Source: an uncultured Solirubrobacteraceae bacterium (GTDB taxonomy: Bacteria > Actinomycetota > Thermoleophilia > Solirubrobacterales > Solirubrobacteraceae). Taken from it: a DNA stretch of 64,000 nucleotides. Position numbers and translations under genes: made by a program. The notes beneath the pieces are model-generated. The model was not told where the DNA came from. It did no database searches and was given only the letters and a program-made list of their open reading frames with translations. The DNA lies in contig CAZPQW010000010.1 of NCBI GenBank assembly GCA_964588985.1, forward strand, positions 32,001 to 96,000. The letters are read 5' to 3'. Position 1 is the stretch's first letter, and every line of letters begins with the position of its first letter. Positions 29,497 to 39,063 of this stretch are shown piece by piece.

Positions 29497-30633
29497 TTAT
29501 AGATTGGCTCGGGTCGCGCTGTGACACGCCGGTGGCTTGGCGCCGCGCCTGGCGGTGAGCGCGAACAGCGCGATGAACACGGCCGCGCCGAGGGCGTTGA
29601 GGTAGAGCTTGTAGTCGACCTTGACTTCGCCGAAGATGTCGGCGCGCGTGGGGCGCACGGCGGGTATGAGGCCGGCGAGGTCGAACAGGCCGTCGACGAT
29701 CAGCGCGGCGATCACCATGGTGACGAACATCAGCGCGACGATGCGCAGCGCGAACGGGCGGCCGTAGTACTTGCGGTAGGCGATGACGATCGGCAGGACG
29801 ATGAGGTCGGCGAACACGAACGCGATCACCCCGCCGAAGCCGATCCCTCCGGACCAGAGCACCGCGGCGAGCGGCACGTTGCCGACCGAGCAGACGAAGC
29901 TGAGCACGGCGATGAGCGGCCCGAGCACCACGTTCTCGAGCAGGCGCAGCGGTTCGGGGGCGTGCGTGGCGAACAGGCCGTTGAAGAAGTCGTTGGGAAG
30001 CAGGCCGAGGAAGCCGGCGAGCAGGAAGCCGGTGGCGATCTCGCGGTGGAGCATCGACCAGTCGTTGCGGAAGTTGTGCGCGACGTCCGACCACGAGTCG
30101 ACCGAGACGAGCCGTTGGCGCAGGGACATGGGCTCGCCGGCTGAGTGGTGCTGGTGGCCGGGGGCGGCCTCGCGGGCGTGCTCGCGGGCGACCTGTTCGA
30201 GCTTGGGCGAGACGAAGAAGCGCAGCAGGAGGGTCATGACGGCGACGAGGATCAGCCCGCCGACGAGCTCGGCGAGCGCGAACTGCCAGCCGATCAGAAC
30301 CCAGATGACGACACCGAGCTCGACGACGAGGTTGGTGGAGGCGAACTGGAACGCGAGCGAGCTGGCGGCGGAGGCGCCGCCGACGAACAGCGTGCGCGCG
30401 ATGGCGATGGCGGCGTAGGAGCAGGAGGAGGACGCGGCGCCGAGGCCGGTGGCGAGCGACACGGAGCGAAAGCCGCCGGACCCGAGCGTCCGCTGGATGC
30501 GCTCGCGCGGGACCCACGCCTGCACGACGCCGGAGATGGCGAAGCCGAGCACGAGCGCCCACCACACCTCCCACGCCATCAGCAGGGCGTTGGAGAGCCC
30601 TTCGAGGACCGTGCTGGGGACGCTGGCGAGCAC
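29497..30633 (-). CDS. Predicted permease (ArsP/DUF318 family)
   Basis: SSSCSY; FVCSVGNVP; His-containing central loop; multiple TMs. Confidence 0.85.
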   Translation of the reverse strand: MLASVPSTVLEGLSNALLMAWEVWWALVLGFAISGVVQAWVPRERIQRTLGSGGFRSVSLATGLGAASSSCSYAAIAIARTLFVGGASAASSLAFQFASTNLVVELGVVIWVLIGWQFALAELVGGLILVAVMTLLLRFFVSPKLEQVAREHAREAAPGHQHHSAGEPMSLRQRLVSVDSWSDVAHNFRNDWSMLHREIATGFLLAGFLGLLPNDFFNGLFATHAPEPLRLLENVVLGPLIAVLSFVCSVGNVPLAAVLWSGGIGFGGVIAFVFADLIVLPIVIAYRKYYGRPFALRIVALMFVTMVIAALIVDGLFDLAGLIPAVRPTRADIFGEVKVDYKLYLNALGAAVFIALFALTARRGAKPPACHSATRANL

Positions 30634-30653
30634 CGAGGTTCACACTAGCTCTC

Positions 30654-30905
30654 ATGCACGAGCAAGCTCCAGGGCCCGGCGCGGCGAAGCTCGAACGCGC
30701 GATCGTGCTGGAGCTGCTCGACGGCGCGGGCGAGCGGGCCCGCTCGTGCGCGGAGCTCGCGGCGGACCTCGACGCGTCGGAGGCGGAGGTCGCGACGGCG
30801 GTGGAGCGGTTACGGGACGCCGGGGTCCTCCAGACGAACGGCCGGCAGGTGCTCGCGGCGCCGGCGGCGCTGCGCCTGGACGAGCTCGGCCTGATCGGCA
30901 TCTGA
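30654..30905 (+). CDS. Small winged-helix protein
   Basis: ELAADL...AVERLRDAGVL. Confidence 0.6.
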   Translation: MHEQAPGPGAAKLERAIVLELLDGAGERARSCAELAADLDASEAEVATAVERLRDAGVLQTNGRQVLAAPAALRLDELGLIGI

Positions 30906-30964
30906 GGACTACGGATGACCTCATGTAAGCGGGATGTTTCGGTGTGGCGAGATAGGGTCCATCT

Positions 30965-32173
30965 ATGAGCGACCGCGTGCTCATCCTCTCCTGGGAGTAC
31001 CCGCCTGTGATCGAGGGAGGGCTGGCGCGCCACGTGCGCAAGCTCGCCGAGGCTCTGGTTCGCCAGGGTGTGACGGTGGACGTGCTGACGCGCGGGGTGG
31101 GCGAGGGCCCGGAGGTCTCAGAGCACGGCGGCGTGACGGTGCACCGCGTGCGCGAGCCGGCGTTCCCGCGCGACCTCGACCGCTTCGTGGCGTGGGTGGA
31201 GCGGATGAACGAGGACATGCTGCTGGCGGGCGAGGCGCTCGCGCAGGAGCACGACTACGACCTGATCCACGGCCACGACTGGCTCGTGGCGCAGGCGTCG
31301 GCGACGCTCGCCGACCGGATTGAGGTGCCGTACGTGACGACGATCCACGCGACCGAGCACGGTCGCCACCAGGGCTGGGTGAAGGACGAGCCGCAGGCGC
31401 ACATCCACGGGGTCGAGCGCTGGATGGCGCAGCGCGCGGACGCGGTGATCGTGTGCTCCTACTACATGCGCGGGCACGTGGCGGACATCTTCGACATCGA
31501 CGAGCGGCGCGTGGCGGTGATCCCGAACGGCGTGGACCCGAGCGAACTGCAGCCGACAGGCGACCTGCAGGCGCTTCGCGCGAGCTTCGCGGCGCCGCAC
31601 GAGAAGCTCGTGCTGCTGGTTGGCCGTCTGGTCTACGAGAAGGGCTTCCAGCTGGCGCTCGACGCGCTCCCGGGCGTGATCGAGCAGGTCGGCGACGTGC
31701 GCTTCATAGTCGCGGGCAGCGGCACGCACGAGGCGGAATTGAAGGCCCAGGCGGAGCGGCTGGGCCTCGGCGAGCACGGCACGTTCGTGGGCTGGATCGG
31801 CGATGACGTGCTGCACTCGCTCTACCGGATCGCGGATCTGTGCGTGATCCCGTCGATCTACGAGCCGTTCGGCCTCGTGGCGCTCGAGGCGATGGCGTCG
31901 GGCTGCCCGTGCATCGTCGCCGACACGGGCGGGCTGTGCGAGGTTGTGCCGGTGGGCGAGCGGGTGGGGCTGCGCTTCAACGGCGGCGACGCGGAGCACC
32001 TGGGCGTGATGATCGAACGGCTGCTGGTGGACGACGAGCTGCGCGACCGGCTGGTGACGGAGGCCTCCGAGCACGTGCTGCGCTTCGACTGGGACGACAT
32101 CGCGCTGCGGACTCGCGACATCTACCATGATTTCGGTCAGCTGGCGAGGCGGGAGGGGGCTCGGAGAGGATGA
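30965..32173 (+). CDS. Glycosyltransferase family 4
   Basis: WEYPP..GGL; HGHDW; GRLVYEKG; EPFGLVALEA. Confidence 0.92.
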   Translation: MSDRVLILSWEYPPVIEGGLARHVRKLAEALVRQGVTVDVLTRGVGEGPEVSEHGGVTVHRVREPAFPRDLDRFVAWVERMNEDMLLAGEALAQEHDYDLIHGHDWLVAQASATLADRIEVPYVTTIHATEHGRHQGWVKDEPQAHIHGVERWMAQRADAVIVCSYYMRGHVADIFDIDERRVAVIPNGVDPSELQPTGDLQALRASFAAPHEKLVLLVGRLVYEKGFQLALDALPGVIEQVGDVRFIVAGSGTHEAELKAQAERLGLGEHGTFVGWIGDDVLHSLYRIADLCVIPSIYEPFGLVALEAMASGCPCIVADTGGLCEVVPVGERVGLRFNGGDAEHLGVMIERLLVDDELRDRLVTEASEHVLRFDWDDIALRTRDIYHDFGQLARREGARRG

Positions 32174-33810
32174 CGCAGATGCTCGAGGGTCTGATGCAGG
32201 ACGACTTCCAGCTGACGCTGCACCACATTCGCCGGGCGATGCGCACGAACAGCCCCGACGCGCGCGTGGTCACGCACGTGGAGCCCGGGACGGTGAGATC
32301 GGCGACGTTCGCGGAGGTCCACGAGCGGATCGACCGGCTCGCGCGGGCGCTGGTGCGCCTCGGCGTCGAGCCGGGCGACCGGGTGGGGACGTTCGCGTGG
32401 AACAACCAGCGCCACTTCGAGCTGTACTTCGCGATCCCGTGCCTGGGGGCGGTGCTGCACACGCTGAACATCCGCCTGTTCGAGGAGCAGCTGACGTACA
32501 TCGTCAACCACGCGGAGGACAGGCTGATCTTCGTCGACGACTCGCTCGTGCCGATCCTGGAGAAGCTCGCCCCTAGCTTTCAGACGGTCACCCGCTTCGT
32601 GGTGATGGGCGACGGCGACGCTGGCTCGCTGCCGAACGCCCTGCGCTACGAGGACCTGCTGGAGGAGGCAGGCCCGGGCGAGTTCGCCTACCCGGAGGTG
32701 GACGAGCGCCAGGCGGCGGCGCTCTGCTACACCAGCGGCACGACGGGCAACCCGAAGGGCGTGCTGTACTCGCACCGCTCGATCAGCCTGCACTCGACGG
32801 CGACGCTCGTGAAGGACGGCCTGGGACTTGGGCGCGCGGATCGCGTGTTGGCGGTGGTGCCGATGTTCCATGCGAACGCGTGGGGCCTGCCCCACGGCGC
32901 GGCCCTCGCGGGGGCGGACCTGATCCTGCCGGACCGCTTCCTCGGCGCCGAGCCGCTGGCGGAACTGATCACGGCGGAGCGCCCGACGCTGATGGGATGC
33001 GTGCCGACGATCTTCGCGGATCTGCTGCGCCACGCCGAGGCGAACCCCGACCTCGACCTGTCGTCGCTGTCGAACGCGACGTGCGGCGGCTCGGCGGTCC
33101 CGCGTCAGCTGATGAAGGACTTCGAGGAGCGCCACAGCGTGCGCATCTTCCAGGCGTGGGGGATGACGGAGACGAGCCCGGTGGCGACGTTCTCGCGGCC
33201 GCTGGAGGGCGAGCACGACGACGCATATTGGAACCAGCGCGCGAAGCAGGGCCGTCCGCTGCCGTGGGTCGAGCTGAGGCTGACCGACGACGCGGGCGAG
33301 GAAGTGCCGTGGGACGGGGAGTCGACGGGCGAGATCGAGGTTCGCGGCCCCTGGATCGCGTCGGGCTACTTCCGCGACGAGTCGAGCGATGAGAAGTTCG
33401 ACTCCGGCTGGCTGCGCACGGGGGACATCGCGGCGGTCGACGAGCGGGGTTTCGTGCAGATCACGGACCGCTCGAAGGACGTGATCAAGTCGGGCGGGGA
33501 GTGGATCTCCTCGGTGGAGCTGGAGAACGAGCTGATGGCCCACCCCGACGTGGTGGAGGCGGCGGTGATCGCGAAGCCCGACGAGCGCTGGGCGGAGCGC
33601 CCGCTGTGCTGCGTGGTGCTGCGCGAGCACGCCGACACGAGCGCGGAGGATCTGCTCGAGCACCTGCGCGGCAGGGTCGCCAAGTGGTGGCTGCCGGACG
33701 AGTTCGCGTTCGTCGCGGAGATCCCGAAGACAAGCGTCGGCAAGTTCGACAAGAAGGTGCTGCGCGGCAGGCTCGCCGAGGACGAGCTCGAGGGCCGCGT
33801 GCGTGTGTAG
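32170..33810 (+). CDS. Fatty-acid--CoA ligase (AlkK/FadD14-like)
   Basis: YTSGTTGNPKG; WGMTE; TGD; IKSGGEWI; GKFDK. Confidence 0.93.
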   Translation: MTQMLEGLMQDDFQLTLHHIRRAMRTNSPDARVVTHVEPGTVRSATFAEVHERIDRLARALVRLGVEPGDRVGTFAWNNQRHFELYFAIPCLGAVLHTLNIRLFEEQLTYIVNHAEDRLIFVDDSLVPILEKLAPSFQTVTRFVVMGDGDAGSLPNALRYEDLLEEAGPGEFAYPEVDERQAAALCYTSGTTGNPKGVLYSHRSISLHSTATLVKDGLGLGRADRVLAVVPMFHANAWGLPHGAALAGADLILPDRFLGAEPLAELITAERPTLMGCVPTIFADLLRHAEANPDLDLSSLSNATCGGSAVPRQLMKDFEERHSVRIFQAWGMTETSPVATFSRPLEGEHDDAYWNQRAKQGRPLPWVELRLTDDAGEEVPWDGESTGEIEVRGPWIASGYFRDESSDEKFDSGWLRTGDIAAVDERGFVQITDRSKDVIKSGGEWISSVELENELMAHPDVVEAAVIAKPDERWAERPLCCVVLREHADTSAEDLLEHLRGRVAKWWLPDEFAFVAEIPKTSVGKFDKKVLRGRLAEDELEGRVRV

Positions 33811-33964
33811 CGACCGCCAAAGCTGATAGACCTTGCCCGTAATAAGGCAGGCCACCGGCCGAAAATGCCGAATCAAGACCAAACACGACCAAAAACGGGA
33901 GGTTGGCATGACTCGGACCGATGTCATGGCCTCGAGTAGGCCACACACCGAAGGCGCAGTGTCG

Positions 33965-34318
33965 ATGAGAAGCTCCATGCCGGGCCTGACGCGTCGCCTG
34001 TCGGCGATCTCGGCGCTGCTGCTGCTCGCGCTCGCGCTCGCGTTGCCGGCTGCGGCGTTCGCTGCGGAACCGACGACCGGCTACAACCAGACGCCGACGA
34101 CGCCGAAAACCGGCACGTCGCCTTCGAAAGAAGAAAAAACCCCGGCGAGCGAACCGGCTCCGGAAAAAACCACCACCCCGACGACCGAAAAAGCGACCAC
34201 GCTTCCTTTCACGGGCTTCGACCTGCGCTGGAGCCTCGCCGTGGGCGTGCTCCTGATGGGCGCCGGTTTCTCGATCGTTGCAGTACAGCGGCGTCAGCGT
34301 CGCGACAGCCACCGCTGA
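33965..34318 (+). CDS. Small sortase-substrate-like surface protein
   Basis: Signal peptide; Thr/Pro/Glu/Lys spacer; LPFTG + TM + RRQRR tail. Confidence 0.75.
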   Translation: MRSSMPGLTRRLSAISALLLLALALALPAAAFAAEPTTGYNQTPTTPKTGTSPSKEEKTPASEPAPEKTTTPTTEKATTLPFTGFDLRWSLAVGVLLMGAGFSIVAVQRRQRRDSHR

Positions 34319-34348
34319 GCGGCCGACGCCTTCAGCACTGCGGTAGGT

Positions 34349-34387
34349 AAAGGCGGCCGTCCTCCCGAAGGGGTGGGCGGCCGTTTT
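34349..34387 (+). terminator. Rho-independent terminator
   Basis: GGCGGCCGTCC...GGGCGGCCG hairpin followed by TTTT. Confidence 0.75.
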
Positions 34388-34397
34388 GTCGATCGAG

Positions 34398-35270
34398 ATG
34401 AGCTCAGTGCTGAGATCGGGTCTCGCGCGAGCCCCGTCGGGCGGGCTGGTGGTCGGCGCGATCGCGTCGGTGCAGTTCGGCGCGTCGTTGGCGGCGACGC
34501 TGTTCGAGCGGCTCGGGCCCGGCGGCACGACATCCCTGCGGCTGGCCTCCGCGGCGATCGTGCTGCTCGTGGTGTGGCGCCCGCGCGTGCGGGGACGCGG
34601 CAGGGACGAGCTGCTGTTGGCGATCGTGTTCGGCCTGGATCTGGCGGCGATGAACCTGTGCTTCTACGAGGCGGTAGCGAGGATCCCGTTGGGGATCGCG
34701 GTGGCGGTGGAGTTCGTGGGGCCGCTGGCGGTCGCGGTGATGGGCTCGCGCAGGCGATTGGATGCGCTGTGGGTGGCGCTCGCGGTGATCGGCATCCTCG
34801 CGCTGACGCGCGGCGGGGCACACGCGCTCAATGGGACGGGAGTGCTGCTCGCGGCGCTGGCGGGCGGCCTGTGGGGTTGCTACATCCTGTTGAACGCGCG
34901 GCTCGGGCGGGCGTTCGAGGGCTCGACTGGCCTGGCGCTGGCGCTGGGCGTGGCGGCGCTGGTGGCGCTTCCCGTGGGCGTGGCGTCAGCGGGCGTGCGC
35001 CTGCTGGAACCCGAATCTCTGGCGCTCGGCTCGGCGGTGGGCATCCTCTCCTCGGCGATCCCCTACTCGTTCGAGCTGGAGGCGCTACGCAGGATCGCGG
35101 CGCCGGTGTTCGGCGTGCTGATGAGCCTCGAGCCGGCGATGGCGGCGCTGGCGGGCTTCGTGGTGCTCGGGCAGACGCTCGGCGTGCGCGCGCTGGCGGG
35201 CATAGCGCTCGTGATCGCTGCGTCCGTGGGCGCGTCTCGCGCGGCGGCCGAGGCGCCGTTGGCGTTGTAG
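34398..35270 (+). CDS. EamA/RhtA-like DMT transporter
   Basis: SVQFGA; RIPLGIAVAVEFVGPL; SLEPA. Confidence 0.9.
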   Translation: MSSVLRSGLARAPSGGLVVGAIASVQFGASLAATLFERLGPGGTTSLRLASAAIVLLVVWRPRVRGRGRDELLLAIVFGLDLAAMNLCFYEAVARIPLGIAVAVEFVGPLAVAVMGSRRRLDALWVALAVIGILALTRGGAHALNGTGVLLAALAGGLWGCYILLNARLGRAFEGSTGLALALGVAALVALPVGVASAGVRLLEPESLALGSAVGILSSAIPYSFELEALRRIAAPVFGVLMSLEPAMAALAGFVVLGQTLGVRALAGIALVIAASVGASRAAAEAPLAL

Positions 35271-35298
35271 TTACAGCAGGTTCGGTGTTTTAACCGGA

Positions 35299-35340
35299 CT
35301 CACGCACCTCATATGGGTGGTCGATAAGAAACATATGAGG
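35299..35340 (+). promoter_or_regulatory. sigma28-like promoter overlapped by an inverted repeat
   Basis: TCAC-N16-GTCGATAA; CCTCATATG...CATATGAGG. Confidence 0.45.
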
Positions 35341-36606
35341 GCTGCTGGCAGTGAAGTACGGGTGAGGCGGAGAGGCGACGGTGCACGGCCGGCCGATGAC
35401 CCGCGCGTGGTGCGCGTGGCGCGTCAGCCGATCCTCGACCGCGACGAGCGTCTGATCGGCTACGAGCTGCTGTTCCGGGCGCCCCTGATGGAGGCGGCCG
35501 GCGTCCTCGACGACGTCGAGGCGACCGCGACGGTGGTCGTCGACGGGCTGCTCGACGTGGGCCTGTTCGACCTGGTGGGCGAGCGTCTGGCGTATGTGAA
35601 CGTGTCGCGAGAGCTCCTGCTCGGCGTTCGCCCGCTGCCGCTTCCCGCTCGGCACGTTGTGCTCGAGCTGCTGGAGGACCAGGTGGTCGACGACGAGCTG
35701 CTCGGGGTGCTCGACGAGCTGCTCGACCAGCGCTTCACGATCGCGCTCGACGACTTCCGTCTGACGCCCGAGACCGAGCGGCTGCTGAAGTACGCGCGGA
35801 TCGTGAAGGTCGACGTGCTCGAGCACACGGGGCAGGCGCTCGACGAGCTCGTCGCCCGCCTGAGAGAGCACCGCCCGTCGTTCACCCTGATCGCGGAGAA
35901 GGTGGAGACACGGGAGGAGTTCGAGCACTGCCGAGCGCTCGGGTTTCACGCATTCCAGGGCTACTTCTTCGGCAAGCCCTCGCGTGTGAGGCAGAAGCGT
36001 CTGCCGTCCCAGGGGCTGAGCGCGCTGAGCGCGATGGCCGACCTGAACGCGACCGAGGACGTCGACGAGATCCATCGCATCATCACGCGCGACGCCGGAC
36101 TGAGCATGCGCGTGCTTCGCTACGCCAACTCGGCTTATGTGTCGCTCCCGCGGCGGGTGAGATCCGTCCAGGAGGGGCTCGCGTGGCTCGGTGCGATAAC
36201 CGTGCGGCGCCTCGCGCTGATGGTGGCGCTCGCCGGTGCGCGCGACGTGCCGGATGTGCTGTTGGTGACGGCGCTCGTGCGGGCTCGCATGTGCCAGCTT
36301 CTGTCAGGGGAGGGCGATCGCGCTTTGGGCGACTCCTACTTCACGGTCGGCCTGCTGTCGGTCGCCGACGCGCTCGTGGACGCGCCGATGGAGGACGTGA
36401 TCGAGCAGCTGCCGCTGCGCCCCGAGATCGCGGTCGCGCTGCTGCACGGCGGTGGCGAGCTGGGCGAGCTGCTCACCGAGGTGATCGCATACGAGCGCGG
36501 CGACTTCCACGCCGCCGAGCGGCTGATTCGACTCCATCCCGAGGTGGAGCAGGTCTACCGCGACGCGACGACGTGGGCCGACGTCGGCGTCACCGGACTT
36601 GTCTGA
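35335..36606 (+). CDS. EAL-HDOD domain protein (YuxH/PdeH-like)
   Basis: VARQPI; YELLFR; ALDDF; AEKVET; FQGYFF; HDOD with ANSA. Confidence 0.9.
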   Translation: MRAAGSEVRVRRRGDGARPADDPRVVRVARQPILDRDERLIGYELLFRAPLMEAAGVLDDVEATATVVVDGLLDVGLFDLVGERLAYVNVSRELLLGVRPLPLPARHVVLELLEDQVVDDELLGVLDELLDQRFTIALDDFRLTPETERLLKYARIVKVDVLEHTGQALDELVARLREHRPSFTLIAEKVETREEFEHCRALGFHAFQGYFFGKPSRVRQKRLPSQGLSALSAMADLNATEDVDEIHRIITRDAGLSMRVLRYANSAYVSLPRRVRSVQEGLAWLGAITVRRLALMVALAGARDVPDVLLVTALVRARMCQLLSGEGDRALGDSYFTVGLLSVADALVDAPMEDVIEQLPLRPEIAVALLHGGGELGELLTEVIAYERGDFHAAERLIRLHPEVEQVYRDATTWADVGVTGLV

Positions 36607-36664
36607 GTGGTCTCCGACATAATAGACTGATTCCGTGGTTTGGACTGGGGGGTTTGGTGACGGC

Positions 36665-37402
36665 ATGACGCGCGAAGATCGGATCGTGGCGACGTTCGTG
36701 GAGCTCGCCGACACGATGATCGACAACTTCGACGTCGTCGAGTTCCTGCATCGCCTCGTCGAGCGCAGCGTCGAGCTGTTGGACTGCGCCGAGGTCGGAC
36801 TGCTGCTCGCGAACGCCGAGGGCAGGCTGCAGGTGATGGCATCCTCGAGCGAGCGCTCTGAGGCGCTGGAGCTGTTGCAGTCTCAGTATGAGGAGGGACC
36901 GTGCTTCGATTGCTTTCGCAACGCAGAGGCGGTGTTCAGTGAGGACCTGACGGCCGATCGTGGACGCTGGCCTCGCTTCGTGCCCGCCGCGATGGAGGCG
37001 GGCATCGGCTCGGTTCACGCGATCCCGATGCGCGTGCGAGGAGAGAGCGTGGGTGCGCTGAATCTGTTTCGCTCGCAGGTCGGTCGGATCGCGGAGCGAG
37101 ATCTGACGCTCGGGCAGGGAATGGCGGATATCGCGGCGGTGTCTCTCCTGCAGGAGCGGGCGGTGCGTGAGACGCGCGGCGTGGTGGCGCAACTGCAGGG
37201 CGCTCTGAACAGCAGGGTTCTGATCGAGCAGGCGAAGGGCGTGCTCGCCGAGCGCGCCCAGGTCAGCGTGGACGCGGCGTTCGCCATCATGCGTGCGTAT
37301 GCGAGAGCGCAAAACCGCCGCCTGAGCGACACCGCGCGAGATGTGGTGGAGGGCGGCCTCGACACTCGTGAGCTCATCGAGGCGCTGCCGCCTTTCCGCT
37401 AG
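36665..37402 (+). CDS. GAF-ANTAR RNA-binding regulator
   Basis: ELADT; EGPC; GALNLF; ALNSRVLIEQAKG..AF..MRAYAR. Confidence 0.92.
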   Translation: MTREDRIVATFVELADTMIDNFDVVEFLHRLVERSVELLDCAEVGLLLANAEGRLQVMASSSERSEALELLQSQYEEGPCFDCFRNAEAVFSEDLTADRGRWPRFVPAAMEAGIGSVHAIPMRVRGESVGALNLFRSQVGRIAERDLTLGQGMADIAAVSLLQERAVRETRGVVAQLQGALNSRVLIEQAKGVLAERAQVSVDAAFAIMRAYARAQNRRLSDTARDVVEGGLDTRELIEALPPFR

Positions 37403-37820
37403 CTCCGCGCACGCGGCAAATGTCGTCGGGACGACTCACTTGAAAGTCGAGATTCCAACAGACGGGATCGGTGATACCCTGCAAGCACGTCGCTCCAGAC
37501 CTTGGTGACGTCCTACGTGGGGACTCCTACCTGTCTGGGGGCAACATGCGGATGCAACCTCGTTCGCTGGGATCGGTCGGCTAGATGGCTGGTCGATTCC
37601 CCTGCGACGCGGGCGCGAGCGCTTGCGGGCTCGCGCAACGATGCCGACACCCGCCCTACCGTGAAAGCTTGCGATGCCGGGCGTGGGGTGGGCGCTGTGG
37701 TGTGCGCATGGCTGATCGCACGTTCTGTCGCGTGACATTCGATGCTCAGGACTCCGCGACCCGCGATGCGATGCGGAGTGCGGCAGCGCGGCAGCGCCGA
37801 GGGTCGCGCCGGCCACGCGC

Positions 37821-38906
37821 ATGACCGCGCGGGAGAACGAGAGGTCGCTGTCTGACCTCGACCGGAGCTCCTCGGAAGCAGACCAAAGCGCGGCGGACGC
37901 CGATCAGACACTCTCCGATGCGGACCAGACGGCCTCCGAGCGTGATCAGGCGTCGGCTGACAACGATCAGCACGCGGCGGACATGGACCAGCATGCGAGC
38001 GAGAGCGTGGGCATCGAAGGAGACGGCGAGTCTATCTACGAGCAAACCCGCCAGATGCGCGCTGAGAGCACCATCGAGAGGAGCGTGACGAGCCTCGCGC
38101 GTGGCCACACCGCGGTAGCGCGCGACGATGTGGCTCGCCGGCGCGATCAGCTGTCGGCCGCTCGTGACGCTGCGAGCTCGGCGCGTGACGATCTGGCGGC
38201 GGCTCTCGACGCCCATGCCGAGAGCTTTGAACGACAGCAGCTGCTGAACGATGGGGCGGAGCACAACGGTGCGCACCACGTGCGGCTCCGCGCCGCTCAT
38301 CAGCGTCAGCTGGCGGCTCGAGCACAGGCCGCGGCTCAGCGCAGGGCTGCCGCTGAAGATCGTGCGCGGGCCGCGAGCGATCGAGACCTGGCGGCGAAGG
38401 ATCGCCTGGCGTACGCGGCCGAACTTGCGAGCGCCGAAGTGGACGAGGTGACCGGTGCGCTACGTCGTCGCGTGGGTCTGGCCGCGCTGCAACGCGAGAT
38501 GGATCGCGTGCTGCGCACGAAGGAGCAGCTCACGGTTGTGTTCATCGACGTCGATGGCCTCAAGCGGGTCAACGACGAGATTGGCCATGCCGCCGGTGAT
38601 GAGCTGTTGCGGACGGTGGTCGAGTGTGTGACGGAGGAGGTCCGCTCGTATGACCTCATCCTTCGCTTCGGCGGCGATGAGTTCGTGTGCTCGCTCTCGG
38701 GTGACAGCGTGGCGGAGATCGGGGGGCGCTTCGAGCGGATCGCCACGCGCTTGAGCGAGGCGATTCCCCACGCGACGATCAGCACGGGCGTGAGCGAGCG
38801 CCGCCCGCAGGACACCGTCGGGACGCTGATCGGTCGTGCAGACGAGGCGATGATCGCGAAGCGCCGCAACGACAGGACCTCATGTCACCCGGAGCAAGGT
38901 CGCTGA
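37821..38906 (+). CDS. Diguanylate cyclase with N-terminal heptad-repeat coiled coil
   Basis: DVDGLKRVND..GH..GD; RFGGDEF. Confidence 0.9.
   Translation: MTARENERSLSDLDRSSSEADQSAADADQTLSDADQTASERDQASADNDQHAADMDQHASESVGIEGDGESIYEQTRQMRAESTIERSVTSLARGHTAVARDDVARRRDQLSAARDAASSARDDLAAALDAHAESFERQQLLNDGAEHNGAHHVRLRAAHQRQLAARAQAAAQRRAAAEDRARAASDRDLAAKDRLAYAAELASAEVDEVTGALRRRVGLAALQREMDRVLRTKEQLTVVFIDVDGLKRVNDEIGHAAGDELLRTVVECVTEEVRSYDLILRFGGDEFVCSLSGDSVAEIGGRFERIATRLSEAIPHATISTGVSERRPQDTVGTLIGRADEAMIAKRRNDRTSCHPEQGR
37851..37997 (+). repeat. Seven degenerate 21-nt / 7-aa repeats
   Basis: SDLDRSS SEADQSA ADADQTL SDADQTA SERDQAS ADNDQHA ADMDQHA. Confidence 0.8.
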
Positions 38907-39063
38907 TGCCGATCCGGAGCGCGCCGGCTGGACGCCCGTTCGAGTTGCGGCTCCGGATCATGGCTTTGGTTGGAAAGCGGCCGATAGCTCGAGTAGGTCG
39001 AACAGACCGGGGAGCGATTCCCCTTCAATCGCGGCGACTCGACGCCGCAGTGAGGAGACGTCC

